From contig OZ037767.1 in the NCBI GenBank assembly GCA_964035545.1, positions 5,534,707 through 5,598,706 of the forward strand: a DNA stretch of 64,000 nucleotides, read 5' to 3'. The notes beneath the pieces are model-generated. The model was not told the origin of the DNA and did not search any database. It worked only from the letters and a program-made list of their open reading frames with translations. The DNA comes from Bugula neritina. Taxonomy: Eukaryota > Animalia > Bryozoa. Position 1 is the stretch's first letter; each line of letters opens with the position of its first letter. Made by a program: the position numbers and the translations under genes. This document shows, piece by piece, positions 1 through 37,800 of this stretch.

Positions 1-24197
<24,197 letters not shown>

Positions 24198-25067
24198 GGT
24201 GGAAATGGCTAGGGATCCAGTCTATAGATTCTATGTCACGAAATATAGGTCAGCCAGAACATTTCAGTTGCTGTAACAGAAAGAAGAGCATTATGATAGA
24301 TAAACTAGTAGTAATAATTTTGAATAGACATCGACTAGTATAAAACCAAAAAAATACTAACTGATTTGACACTTAAGGTATGCTAAGCTTAAAAACTTTC
24401 ATTAGAAGTAAAGAATCATATTGAACTAATTTTTAATTTATGCAATCTACCAAAGAAGTTGCATTTATCATTTGAAATGAGATTTTTAATACAAAATAAT
24501 TATTTGAGTGGATACTACCAATAATACATTAACTTACTTGAAAGTACTCTAACTCAGTATCACACATCTCAATACACCAACTCACATGCTGTATAGTTGT
24601 CTATTATGTTATTGAAAGTATATAGTCCTGTATAGTTAACTGGCTTGTAGCTGCCTAGGAATACCTGAGCTATACTAATCATATTTTTACTCTGAGTTAA
24701 TCAATGGAAAGCAAAGATTTCTATGATGCTATTGTGAACACAGACAATGAGAATTTTTATATATCAATAGAAACTAATATTCAGCTCATTATGTAGTGTT
24801 AACTCTATTTATTGCACAGACTGCTAGTGATAGATTAGGCACATAAAGCTAGATAAATATTATGAAAACGTTTGTATAATATCCTTTCATAATTTCATAT
24901 GATTAATAAAAATGTACTTGAGGTATTTTATTGACAAAAATTTTAGTATAAAACAAAGCAGTGTTGTATGGTAAAGCCATTTCATTACTTTTCATGAGAA
25001 ACTGTTATACCAACTTTATTGTGACCTTTGAACTGTCTGGGAGGTCGGGCTCATTCCTCCTCATTAT

Positions 25068-25845
25068 CACGGGCTTTCCATATACCGATCTCAGGTCGAT
25101 CTCGTTGAGATCGGTCTGAGAAATGTGCTCAGATCGATCGTTTTTCCATGACAGTTTCAGATCGATCTCGCCGAAGTTGCCTCCTCTTAAGTGAAGGATA
25201 CTTCAAAGGTATAATTTGTTCGCCAATTTGAGTGATTAAAGCTACTACTGTTGAAAACAAGATGGTCGTAGTCTAAAATTTAATCCCAGCTATAAACTAT
25301 ACGCAGCAAAGCTTTCAGTGTATGGTAATTTGGCCAATTTAAAATAATTAATTTTAATTTTTTAGCTTGACAGCTTATATGAAATTAATGGCTGTCTTGC
25401 AGATTATTAATAAACTTACAGGACTGTTAGGCTTAAAATTACAAAGAAAATAGCTAATGAAACTAAGTTTTAATAGTCATTTAAATTCGGTTTAAATTCT
25501 CCCATTTTTTTTACCTTCTACTGCATATAATTGAGTTTTCCTAATCATTGTACTGAAAGTCAAAGTTTTGGCATCCAGAAAAGTGGCTATCATAATTGTT
25601 TAATACTTTGCTTAGTAATTATCAATAAGTTATCATTTTTATTAGCAGACAACATTGTAGCGCGCAGTCTTTTTCTACTTCTCAGATCGATCTGGCGTCT
25701 TTCCATGGTCTTATTGACATGAGATCGATCTGAGTTCGAGCTCCACAGACCGACCAGCTCAGAACGACGGATATCGATCTTTGGCGTCTTTCCATGGATC
25801 GATCTCGCTGAGATCGATCTGAGATCGGTACATGGAAAGCCGGTG
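25068..25845. mobile_element. Non-autonomous DNA transposon (MITE) with CAC...GTG termini and 3-bp TSD (CMC/CACTA/Chapaev-like)
   Basis: TIR CAC(G/C)GGCTTTCCAT(A/G)TACCGATCTCAG(G/A)TCGATCTC. TSD TAT at 25065-25067 and 25846-25848. Subterminal AGATCGATCT repeats. The empty site is visible in the paralogue near 35830. Confidence 0.88.
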
Positions 25846-26163
25846 TATTTCTCATTGATCTTGGTGAGATATACATGAAGTATTGTTATCTTTTTCAGTA
25901 TTGTGGGTTTTAGTGTGTAAACAATTTACTTCATAACACGTAACTAAATCAACTCTACAGTATAGTTCAAGTTACAATAACACATTTATACAAGAATACA
26001 CAATCCAAAACTACATCTATCAACACATCAATAACTACTCAGCACAGTGTTTACAGTTTGTCTGTCTACTCATAACTAACTGTTACGCGGGAAGTCACAG
26101 TTACTAATTATAGTTCAAAATTCCTATTAGCGGGTTGTTGTCTTGGGTCATCTTCATAATATA

Positions 26164-26545
26164 GGGGTAACGAGGGGGGGGCACAACGGTCATAAGGGTA
26201 CAAAAAGCCGGCCAAATTGTGAAAGAACTTATTGACTTGGAGTTTTGATTTTTTTTCATAAAAAGATATTGACATAATTATTCAGCCTTTTTAGTTTCAA
26301 CACTTGCGGAACATACGTGTTGAAAAGGCGAGTAAAAAACTGTTTTTACCTACTTTTTGTAAATTTATACACTCAAAGGCAAGAAGCCTATATTTTACTA
26401 ATATTGTTGCCATTGCTTGTCTCTACATCGCTTAACTAGTGTAACAGCAAACTCTGAAATAAATTTTCCTCGAGGCACATTTATTTTCAATTTGGCCACA
26501 CGGGGCACAATGGGCCACGTTGACCGGGGCACAACAGGCCACCTG
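26164..26545. mobile_element. Probable DNA transposon end with subterminal GGGGCACAA repeats
   Basis: GGGGCACAA(C/T)(G/A)G motif repeated at ~26178, ~26502 and ~26526, following a TA-rich site. The other end was not found. Confidence 0.35.
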
Positions 26546-27335
26546 ATTATTGCACCCTGATCACTGTTATTAGTTTGCCAAAAAAGTTGGTTGAAATGTT
26601 ACTAAAATCTATAGACAGAGCCATTTCTGACCTTTTTGTAAAATATCAAAAGACATCATGGTAAGAGTACCAAACTACAAGGTGAAGCTCTTTTAATATA
26701 TACATCTGGTGAGGTTAAAGTTTTGCTATTTTTAATTTATACATAATACAAAACACTCTGCTGTTGCTACTAGTAGATAGTCATGATATTCATTATACAT
26801 TATATCATTGAGGAAATATACATGTATCTGACTAAAATAAATTGTGATTTGCTCATTTGCTCCCCCTCCCCTCTCCCTTTCGTACTCCAGCCACAAACCG
26901 AGGCCATGCACCTTAGCTACAGTTCATAGAAAAAGTCCACTCAAAATTTTGTAGCACATGTTACTAAAGTTTTTTTTTCGATAAAAGTTCCTCTGAAGTG
27001 TAAATAAAAAAACATTTTTAGTTCTAAACAGTAATGATAATGGCACCGTAGAACCGAGTGAGGTGCGTTTGATTTTGCCTTCCTCTGCTATCCGTGGTGG
27101 CACAAACTGTACAACTAAAACATAAATTTTGCTTTAGATCTGAAAGAATATTTTTATTTATTTGTAATATAAAGATAAGATTATCTATCATCTATTTTAA
27201 TATGGTACTCTCCAGGAAAACATCAGATACTTTCAAAAACTTACTATAACCTCTCCAACAGTTGATTGCAGTTTATAATGAGATAATTGAGAAAGCTGAG
27301 ATTATTACAGCAACATAATATACTGAGCTCTGTTC

Positions 27336-30300
27336 TTTGCCTGAAAATAAGCAACCAAGCCAGTCTTTAACAAATAAGTATACAGCATACAATGAAACAG
27401 TGTCGAATCTAACCGACCAAATGAATACTCAAATAATAACAATGGAAATACAAAAACAGCAAGAAGAGGACAACCCCATCCGAGAAGTTAATGAAGCTCT
27501 GGAGAAGAAAGCTATTCTCTCTGCTCAACAATTTTACATAATAAATTCATTTTCTTGATAATTTATGTATTATTGTTTATTGTATCAGGTTTTAGCTTTC
27601 ATGTAAAAACCTTACACAAGTTCTGTGTGCCAGAATGAAGTAAAATTAGATGCGAATGTTAAGGACATTATAGAGTGCCTGCATACTTTAAATTAACACT
27701 CTAGAGTCTAGAGTTTAGACTTTAGATGGTAATAAAAAGTGGTAAATTAAATAATATTAGGTGAACCCAAAAAAGCAACGAATCATACCATAGGCTCCGC
27801 CCACTTGTCATTCTTTAGTCAGGTTGTTTGGAAAACAAAGTTTTATAAATGAACAAAATATTTAGGAATATAGTTAATATTAATTTTACATGACTCAAAT
27901 AATTACATAATCATTTGAAATCTAACAAGGTTCCCATATAAATTGTCTAACCATTGTATATCTGCCCCTTTCATTCAAATAATACTAATGCAGCTTGACC
28001 TGCTGAAAAAGTGTAATGGTAGCTATAAACTTAGCGTCGGCACTAACTATAGATGAGTTGTTCTGGTGTTGGTTTTCGTAACTTTATTTTTACTTATTCC
28101 AACTGCCCTAAGAAACTATAAAAGTAGGTTAATACTCGTATATGTAATTATAATAGGTTTTTAAAATGAAACCAACAAAAATAAAAACCAACAATTATTT
28201 ATGACTTGTAACGTATTCAAACATATATACATATTTTGGATTAATCACCTTTTGCCTTCTTTTAGTGGCTAGCTAGGGCGAGTTTGATTCTAAGAAACGA
28301 CATTGCAGGTTTACTAAAAATATTTAAAGTTTATAATAAAAATGACATCAAATGATAACTGCCATAGACAAAGTTAAGTAATTATATCAGTTAAGACAAG
28401 TAATGATGCATGTATTACATAAACAAAGATTAAACTTGTATTCGAAGTTGAATTGAATGTGTAGTATACCTACTTGCAGTAAAATACTGTTATGAGTAAA
28501 AATAAAATTTTAAGCTACAAATTAGGGTTCTATCCTGTGACAATCTGATCAATAACTGGAGAGCCTGCCTTTAGAATTCACAATTTTATGAGAAATATAT
28601 TATAAAGTAAACACATAGCCATGAATTCTATCATGCACTGACCACACTGGCATTTTGAACTTGTTAAACTCCTAAACTGTAAACATGTCAAATAAACCAA
28701 ATATTTATTATTAAGTTGAAATAGATAAAAATACTGAAAAAACAAAACTAACCCGTGCCTCTTTAATTTAATTTAAATTCAAATTCATCTATATTTTGTT
28801 AATTATATCATTAAAATTGATTGTTATTTATGCGATGGAACTTGCATTGCTAGCGCTACTATTCTACTAACTGTAGGTTCAATGGCTGCACTGAAACATC
28901 CGCGCTGCCAAAACGTAAAGCCACAACCAATGGGCGAGGGCGTGGTTTTATCTAATTAATGAATTGACAAATAGCAGTCGTTGCGTAGGTGAGAATTACG
29001 TGATGTGATAATCTATTTGAGTGGAACGTTACGCTAAACGCAATGGTGAATGCTTAATAAACTGTTAGATATTCATTACGTAATGCTGCTTTTACAACTT
29101 GAAATAATTATGCTATGTGATAACTTTACAATAAATGATAAGAAATAGTTAAATTAAAACGGCCATATTGCAATGGTCAGTTAACTAGATAATAGAACTA
29201 CAAACTGTGCAGCAAAAAAGCTCTTTGGAAGTATCAAAATATGACAAAATATTATAAAGGATATAATGCAAAGTACATGGTAAACACACAGCAGTGAAAG
29301 TTCATTATTCTTTTTTAGTAAAGAAATTTTCATAAGTTTGCCAATATGATACAGTTGTGTAGAAATAATAAAGAAATCATTAATGTCATGTTAAACTTGA
29401 AAGCATTTGTGTAATTAGTAGGCCCAGGATACTTCTAATAACAAGCATGAAAATAACTATCAAGCTTTTTAACATTGGTATAATATACCATTTCATCATT
29501 TTATATGCTAAATAAAAATGTACTTCAGATCTTTATATTAACAAAAGATTTAGTACAAAACAAATGCACTAAGTTGTATGGTAATGACTATTCTATCCAG
29601 TCATAACAAAATATATTTAGAGATACCATAGAAGTTGTGATACTGCATACAGCTGTGACTCTCTAGGACCTTTCCTAATCTAATTGCTCCTTGTTAGGTT
29701 TCATGAGAAACTGCTAATTTACCAAATTTATTGTGACCTCGATCAGAACTGTCTGGAAGGTCAAGGTCTTTTTTCTCGCTATTACTCTTTGATGTTGGTG
29801 GAATATACATGAAGGGCTTTGCAGTCGCATATTTTATTCAAGCTTCTGCATCAGATCTTTTTAAATTTGGCTTTAATTGCTTCAATATATATTCATTGGC
29901 TGCAGGTTCCCATTATTGTTGGTGAGATAATATGATTTGTTGAATAAATCAGGCCACCGAATAGTCTGAAACAACCTAGTGCATATTTTACTCGAGCTTC
30001 TGCTGCAGATCTTCATGAATTCGGTTTAACTTTCTTCGGTGCAGACTTAACTGCAGGTTTATTTGGCATTCTGATTCCATCATATTCTTTGAAATAATAT
30101 GATTTCTTGAATAAGTCAGGCCTCTGATTAATCTGAAACAACCTAGTGTACGCTCGTTCATTTCTCATCAAGTTTTTGCAGTCCTCTAACTCAATATTAA
30201 AAGGGGCGTTCCATGGAGAACCCGTAATCTCTAATCTTGGTATGGTGATTCCAGGTGTTTTATTAACTTCTTTTTTCTAAAATTATGCAGTTAAATTATG

Positions 30301-33300
30301 TTGGATTGGAATTTTTGTTAGCAACTTCGTGATCTTGATAATGATCACCACCGTCACCAATTGGAACTTAATTTCATTACTTTTTTACTAAATCTCAATT
30401 TATATGTCTCTTGAACAGAATCGAGCTACAGAATTTCACATGAAATGTAAAAGTTTAAGTTGAAACTGATAATTTGAAGCTCAAGATATTAAAAATAGCC
30501 TTTATATAATAGTCTTTGAGATATTGACAGTCATGAAATCATCCAACCCACAAAAATTTGACATAATATAATATTTGTAAAAAGTAAGTAAATTAGATCA
30601 CCACGACACCTCAATACAAGTAATCTTTACCTTGAACAGGGCGATATCTGCTGTACAATATGATCCGACCAGACTGTTTACAGATTTATAATACGTCAGC
30701 TCTTCTCCAAACCCTTTCTCTTTGCTAATTTCTCTCCATAACGTGGCATTGGCCCACTTATAAATCTGATGATCCACACTCATCCAGTTCAGAAGTTTTT
30801 TTGCTGTTTTTGCAGGAATTGGGTCACTCTTACCTTTTAATAGATAACATGATTGCAAAATACAGTATATGAAGAGTGTTTATATATTTATACAAAAAAT
30901 CTGTGCAATTTACACATAAACAAAAACTCAATACTCTTGAAAACGTTATACCAGTGTGCTAACCAGTAATGCTGACGAATTGGTTAATATTTGTAATGCA
31001 GGCTTTCAGGATAACTAGTTTCTGTCTTAAAGTTAAATATCTGTGACTTATAACACACCCATAGTAATTGTTTGGAAGCAAAACAAAAGAAGCTCAAATT
31101 TTAATTCAGAAGAGCAATTATCTATTAAAATTAAATTTCATAAACAATCTAAAAACATAATACCATTTAAGAAAATGATGAGTACACAAGTGAATGTCTA
31201 TTCATATGTTATACAAATTTGAAACAATCATTTTGATCGAGCTAAGAAGATTACGGAAGTTGTTTGCATAATATTCTTGTAGCTTCACTAGCGGTTTTTT
31301 AAAAACTCCAAAATATTCAAAGTCAAAGTACAACAAAAATCCACAAATGCTATCTGCTTTACACTAAAATATAAACGAAGTCGCTGTAGGAAGTTAAAAC
31401 TCACTCTTATATCCGAAAACATTTTTTTTAAAAAAAATTATGTCTGCAATATCCCAGCACCACCTCCTCTTAAGAAGTAGCAGACTCTCCTGCATGTATT
31501 CCATCACTAGCAAGAATGGAAAGGTCTCCTTTAAATCAGCCATAAATTCTTCTACCTGTATATTATACGCAAGGTTCCTTTACATGCAATTATAAAAGTC
31601 TTGCTGCTAGAAGTTAGATACATTGGTATTGGCGAAAAAATCAACAAACCTTTTAACTAATTAAATGAGTATTTATGTCCTAGAAACCTTGACTATATGT
31701 GTTAGCTAAACTTAAATAAACTTCTGTAATAGAAAGCAGAATAATCATCATATTCCAAAAATTTAAGCGTCACTTAAAATATCTTTTGTGGCTTAGTTAA
31801 CCTGCAAGCACGAACTGGCAAGGACTTAACTTTGCTATCCATGTAAAGTACTCATATCTATTTCAATCATCTGTTCTCATGTTATATTTTATTTGATCAA
31901 AAATTTTCTAAATTAACCTTTTCTGGTTTATCCATTTCTTTCCTCCCCAAACCAAAGTCGGCTGCCTGTAGGTTATGAGTCACCGACCGAATATGAAAGT
32001 TAGGATCTGGGGAGTTTTTGTTCCTGTCATTAACTCCATCGTAATAGTTTGGGTTATCCGCAAACCTGCGACACATGAAATAATAATGTTTTTCTGGACA
32101 ACAAGCAATTCTTGTAATGAAAAGCAAATCCTACTTTTAGGTTTTGTAGATGAAGTTTTTATTCTAACACAGGCAGCCATCCATGCTGGATTTACCTTCT
32201 CAAGACAAAACAACAAAAGTTATAAAAAAGACCGCAGCAAATCTGTAACTAAATACAATAGATTGTGAATAGTCGCACATTTCTTTATCAAAAACTGCGG
32301 TATTCAACAGCATACTGAAATACATAACAGACAAATTTTGGTAGATCGTATTGTTTTTGTTATCTGTTGTTATACTTATTGATATCATTTTCACAATCAA
32401 ATCACCTGATTATTCTTTCCATCATTGAATATTTACCAACTTCGTCTGCTGGAAGAAGCATTTCTTGAAAATAGTTCATTACAGACTTGAAATGTGTTAG
32501 AGGGTAGCGAACGACTCCTACAAAAACCAAGATAAAACGATCGACAAGCCTGAATTTGTGTTCAAACACTTCAATTCATGTTCTGCTAAATTTACTAGTT
32601 ATAAATTTTGTTAAAATAATTAAGCCAAGTTAATATTAAATTTATCAGGTACTCGTCAAATTAGCATATGCAGGATTCAATCAAATTTTACCAATAAATT
32701 TAGGGTTGTTGGGAAGAATTTTCCTGAAGACGGTTTTGTTGAATACAGCGTGATTCACCAAAACATTAAAGTTCATAGTGTTATTCTTATGAGGCAGAAC
32801 AAATCTGCCAGGATTCAACTTATAAGGCCATCCAAGGTATACATCCCCTACAAAATAAATTGATAACAATTTTTTACAAACTATTTTGGTCTTTAGTAAA
32901 GTGTAGTAGGACTTCCAGGCAGTTGGGAAGCCAGATGACTTGAGTAGCAGGAGAGGGGCCAGTGGAGCTCATGAAACTGGTAGGATGTAGTGTTGATTGT
33001 TACCTCAGCAACCCTGATTGCAAGCCGGAGGTTTGTGGCTCGAGTCTCGGTGGGGGCAATTATTTTACAAAAGGTACTATGTCTGTATTACATAATTCAA
33101 AATGAGTGGAAACTAAGATTTAATGAAAATCACTTTCACTAAGCAATTGATAAAAAGCAACTAAAAATAATTCAGTAAAACTTTCAATCAACAGAGAAAA
33201 AAAATATATCAAGTTTCATTTGTACCAATTTGTTGATTAAAGGGTGATCTACAAACCTGCAATTGGGACAGCAATCGATAAGTTATGTGTATGGCCAAAT

Positions 33301-33545
33301 CGTTGTAGTATAGATATAAGGGTCGTAGAGCCAGCCTTATGAGTTTTCACAAAGGCAAAGTTGACTACTTTTTTGCATGTCTGTGTAGACATAAACTCGT
33401 GTGTCTCAGGGCTAGAAAGAGAAGGTACAGAAAAGTTAATACATATTTTGCAAGCTTCTAGGTGATCCCTACAGTTACCTAAGCTCTCTGGCTTAGATTT
33501 ATACACTTTTTAAGTATATGTTAGTAAAAACATATACATATATAT
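27336..33545. repeat. Segmental/tandem duplication unit, paralogous to 1-6430
   Basis: Direct visual alignment with the start of the window. Confidence 0.95.
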
Positions 33546-33561
33546 ATACATATATACATAT

Positions 33562-33633
<72 letters not shown>

Positions 33634-33942
33634 TATTGAGGAAAAGAGCAATTTAATTATATAGATGTTGTTTTATTGTACTACTAATAGTTTCATGCCT
33701 CTTTGGCACTCCTCAGGCACAATATTGACGAATTTAAATTTTTACATACAATGTAAAAATTTAAATTCGTCAATATTGTGCCTGAGGAGTGCCAAAGAGG
33801 CATGAAACTATTAGTAGTACAATAAAACAACATCTATATAATTAAATTGCTCTTTTCCTCAATAATATAATTGCTCATTATTATACACATAATAATTTGA
33901 GCACTTTTTTATCCGCTGTTTTTAAAAATCTCACGATACAAT

Positions 33943-34035
<93 letters not shown>

Positions 34036-34055
34036 GTATATATATATATATTCGG

Positions 34056-34097
<42 letters not shown>

Positions 34098-34855
34098 CGG
34101 TATATATATATATATATTCAGTATATATATTCAGTATATATTATATATTCGGTATATATATTCAGTGTGTAGGCTATAATATATGTTTAATCTACTTTCT
34201 TCTTACAACTGTATTTACTGCATTATTAGTACAATGGATACATGGATGGAGTTTCAGAAGACAACTATATTTTTATAGTTTGAACCTGGTTTTATTATTT
34301 TCGTTCAAAAACAAAGCTATCTACAATTGTCGTTTCTAGCCTAGTTGATAATTCTACAAATATTTTTAATGAAAAGTAGTTTTAGACTACAAATAGCTAC
34401 TAAAAATATTCTCATAGACTTTTCCAGTAACTACTTCTATTTCCTGTCCCATCTGTTATGACCAGCTCTTTGAAGTGAACTGGTAGTTAACTACAGCTAA
34501 TCCAATATTCATAACAACCCAACAAACACAAAGCAACACGCGACAAGTTACTAAAACCTGTTGGATGTTTAAAAACATAGCAAGGCAACAAAATAGCACT
34601 GTCACCAAGGCAAGACTTTAGTGGGTTTCAAACGTTTGAAGTAGATGATACATACTTGGGTTTAAATTCAGTATCCTCTGGCATTCTCTCCCATCTCCTA
34701 TTCCCGACATCAGAATCCATGAATGATTTGACGTTTTTTATAACTTTGCTTCCTTGTAGAACCATAATGTCGCCATGATTCGATAATAAATATAAGGCTG
34801 GAAGTGTCAGCGCAACCATTACAAAAGCTATCACTTTGTAACGTAGAGTTTGCAT
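30013..34855 (-). CDS. GAL3ST: Galactose-3-O-sulfotransferase family protein, copy B (8 coding exons)
   Basis: Exons 34656-34855, 33257-33411, 32692-32847, 32406-32517, 31918-32065, 31405-31555, 30631-30833, 30013-30276. Internal exon lengths (155/156/112/148/151/203) are identical to copy [10 protein letters not shown] motif present. Confidence 0.88.
33534..33632. repeat. (TA)n microsatellite
   Basis: TA/TACA run. Confidence 0.95.
33674..33724 (-). ncRNA. Minimal type I hammerhead ribozyme (mirror copy, sense to GAL3ST-B pre-mRNA)
   Basis: Exact reverse complement of 33774-33824 within the palindrome. Confidence 0.8.
33774..33824 (+). ncRNA. Minimal type I hammerhead ribozyme
   Basis: Stem I TATTGTGC/GTACAATA; core CTGAGGA; stem II GTGCC-AAAGA-GGCAT; GAAA; palindromic stem III ACTA-T-TAGT; GUA cleavage triplet (cut after 33816). 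Confidence 0.8.
33946..34160. repeat. (TA)n microsatellite with TTCGG/TTCAG interruptions
   Basis: Direct reading. Confidence 0.92.
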
Positions 34856-35814
34856 GGTGGAAGTGGCTAGGAACCAGTCTATAGATTCTATATCACGGAA
34901 TATAGGTCAGCCAGACAATTTCGGTAACTCTAACAGAAAGGAGAACATTATAATGAATAAACTATAGTAGTATTGATCTTAAACAATTATCAGCTAGTAC
35001 ACAAACAAAAAACTACTAACTCATTTGACACTAAGAGTCTACTAAACTTACAAATTGTTTTTAGAAGTAAAGAATCATATTGAACTAATTTTTAATTTGT
35101 TTGGGCATTCTACCAAAGAAGTTGCATTTATCACATGAAATGAGATTTTTAATACAAAATAATTATTTGAGTGGATACTACCAATAATACATTAACTTAC
35201 TTGAAAGTACTCTTATAACTCAGTATCACACATCTCAATACACCAGCTCACATGCTGTATAGTTGTCTATTGTGTAATTGAAAGTATATAGTCTTGTATA
35301 GTTAACTGGCTTGTAGCTGCCTAAGAATACCTGAACTAAACTAATCATATTTTTACTCTGAGTTAACCAATGGAAGGCAAGGATTTCTATGACGCTATTG
35401 TGAACACAGACAATGAGAATTTCCATATATCAATAGAAACTAATATTCAGCTCATTATGTAGTGTTTACTTTATTTATTGTGCATACTGCTAGTAATCGA
35501 TTAGGCACATGAAGCTAAATAAATAAACTGAAAACATTTGTATAATAACATTTCATCATTTTATATGATTAATAAAAATGTACTTAAGGTATTCTATTTA
35601 CAAAAACTTTAGTATAAAACAAGGCAGTGTTGTATGGTAAAGACATTTCCATCAAGTCATAACAAGTAATTCTTAGAGGTACTATAGAAGTTTTGATGTA
35701 CTTCATTCAGCTGTAACTCTTTATAATATTTCCTAACCTGATTGCTGCTTTTTACTTTTCATGAGAAACTGTTACACCAACTTTATTGTGACCTTTGAAC
35801 TGTCTGGGAGATCA

Positions 35815-36692
35815 AGCTCAGTCCTCCTCAATATTTTTCATTGATCTTGGTGGAATATACATGTAGCATTTGCACTCACATATTTTAGTCTAGCCTCTGC
35901 ATCAGATCTTTTTAAATTTGGCTTTAATGACTCTTATACATAGCTAGCGGCTTCAGTTTCCCATACATCCCTTTGAGATAATATTATTTGTTGAATAGAT
36001 CAGACCACTGAATAGTCTGAAACAACCTGGTGTTTGCAGGATCATTTCTCATAAAGTTCTTGCAATACTCTAACTCAATACTGAAGAGGGGGGAGATTCC
36101 ATTCAGAAACAGCGATCTCTAACCTTGGAATGGTGATTCCAGTTACTTTTTTAGCTTCATTTTTCTAAAATTGAACAATTAAATTATGTTGGGTTGAGTT
36201 TTTTGTTAGCAACTTTGTGATCTTGATAATGATTACCACTGTTACTCAGTAGAACTTTATTTTATTGTTGTTTAACTAAGTATAGCCTAATATCATTTCA
36301 TTCTTTAAGGAAGTGAAATTTAAAATTAAAACTAAAACTTTGAAGCTCAAGATTTAATCAATAGTTCTTTTTAATGGTTTAAAATAGTATTTGAGATATT
36401 CACAGTAATGAAATCATCTAACCCACAAAAATTTAAAATATATATGTGAAAACAAGAATGTTATAACGCTTCAACACAATGAATCCTCACTTTGTACAGA
36501 GCAATATCTGCTGTACAATGATACTACCAGACTGTTTACTGATTTATAATACGTCAGCTCTTCTCCAAACCCTTTTTCTTTGCTAATTTCTCTCCATAAC
36601 GTGGCATTGGCCCACTTATAAATCTGAAAATCTACACTCATCCAACTTAGCAGTTTTTTCTGCTGTTTTGGAAAGAATTGGGTCACTCTTAT
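35815..36692 (-). pseudogene. GAL3ST pseudogene fragment D (last two exons only)
   Basis: Homologous to exons 7 (~36491-36692) and 8 (starts ~36164) of A/B/C, with small indels that break the frame. No upstream exons found before homology ends near 36990. Confidence 0.8.
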
Positions 36693-37279
36693 CTTTTAAT
36701 AGATAACATGATTACAAAATACAGAATATAAAAAACATATATAATGTTTGTATAAAAAAGCTGAGCAATCCACACAAAGATAAAAACTGAAAGCTCTTCA
36801 AAAAGCTATACTGGTGTGATAAGCAGTAATGTTGGCAAACCAGTTTATGTTTGTTTATGTTTATGTTTGCAGGACTTCAGTGTAACTAGTTTAGCCTTAA
36901 AGTTAAAGATCTGACACTTATAACACACCTATAGTAATTATTTGAAAGCAAAACAAAAGAAAGTCAAGTTTCAACTCAGTAAAATAGCTACTTAATAATT
37001 TTATCTTGTTTGCTTTGGAATATTCACATAATACAGCTATTTACCTTGCTTTATTCATAATCAGCACCAGTCCTGAAGTGTGTACACATCTATACATACA
37101 TGGATCTTGTGAAGTAAATTATACTAAAGAGCATGGGTGTTTTAGAAATACATACGTATCGCTGATTAGAATTTCAGACTATTTTACAGCAAACAATTTA
37201 GAAAAGCAATAAAGTACATGCTGAGCATTTTAAATAAATAATGAGTTATTAAAACATGCAGAGGTTTGTGAATTCAAAA

Positions 37280-37550
37280 CAAAAGCAGTCGCAGTGTTAT
37301 ATGGTAATGACTTTTCCATCCAGTCATAACAAGATATGATATTTAGAGGTACTATAGAAGTTGTCATTCTGCATACAGCTGTAACTCTCTAAAACGTTTC
37401 TGATCTTTATTGCGACCTTTGAACTGTCTGGGAGGTCAAGATCATTCCTCCTCATTTCTCTTTGATGTTGTAATATACATGTATGAAGCACTTTGCATTT
37501 GCTTATTTTAGTCAAGCCTCTGCATCAGATCTTTTTAAATTTGACTTTAT
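37280..37550 (-). pseudogene. Short GAL3ST last-exon/3'UTR fragment
   Basis: Matches the 3' end of exon 8 and the 3'UTR (gaactgtctgggaggtcaag...gcatcagatctttttaaattt), with internal deletions. Confidence 0.6.
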
Positions 37551-37736
37551 AAGTGCTTTTATTTATAAATATTTAGCGCATGGGTGCTCAACCTTTTTTG
37601 GGAAAAGGCCGTAAAATAACCGTGAGCCACTAAAAATGCCACTAGAAAGTTCAGTGTCAATTTCACTGATAAAACCCTCCATATATTATTAATTTAAGCC
37701 AATTTTTGAATTTGATGTGTATTTATTGGTGTCCAG

Positions 37737-37800
37737 TAAAAATGGCACCGGTAAAAATGACATAGGTACAAATGGCACAGGTATTAATGGCACAAGTGGC
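37737..37800. repeat. Short ~15-bp tandem repeat (GGTAAAAATGGCACA-like), 4 copies
   Basis: gtaaaaatggcacc-ggtaaaaatgacata-ggtacaaatggcaca-ggtattaatggcaca. Confidence 0.6.

Larger units (their letters stand above)
33629..33945. mobile_element. Penelope-like element terminal fragment with inverted pseudo-LTR, inserted in (TA)n
   Basis: Perfect inverted repeat 33629-33747 / 33751-33869 containing minimal hammerheads, followed by a short tail. Flanked by TA microsatellites and absent from the copy A intron. Confidence 0.65.

Noticed and set aside
25884-26160. Possible truncated solo LTR starting TGTTAT
   Set aside because: No matching CA end, TSD or second copy in the window.
27337-27558. 73-aa plus-strand ORF
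   Set aside because: The paralogous copy at 1-200 has a deletion and a stop; no recognisable domain.
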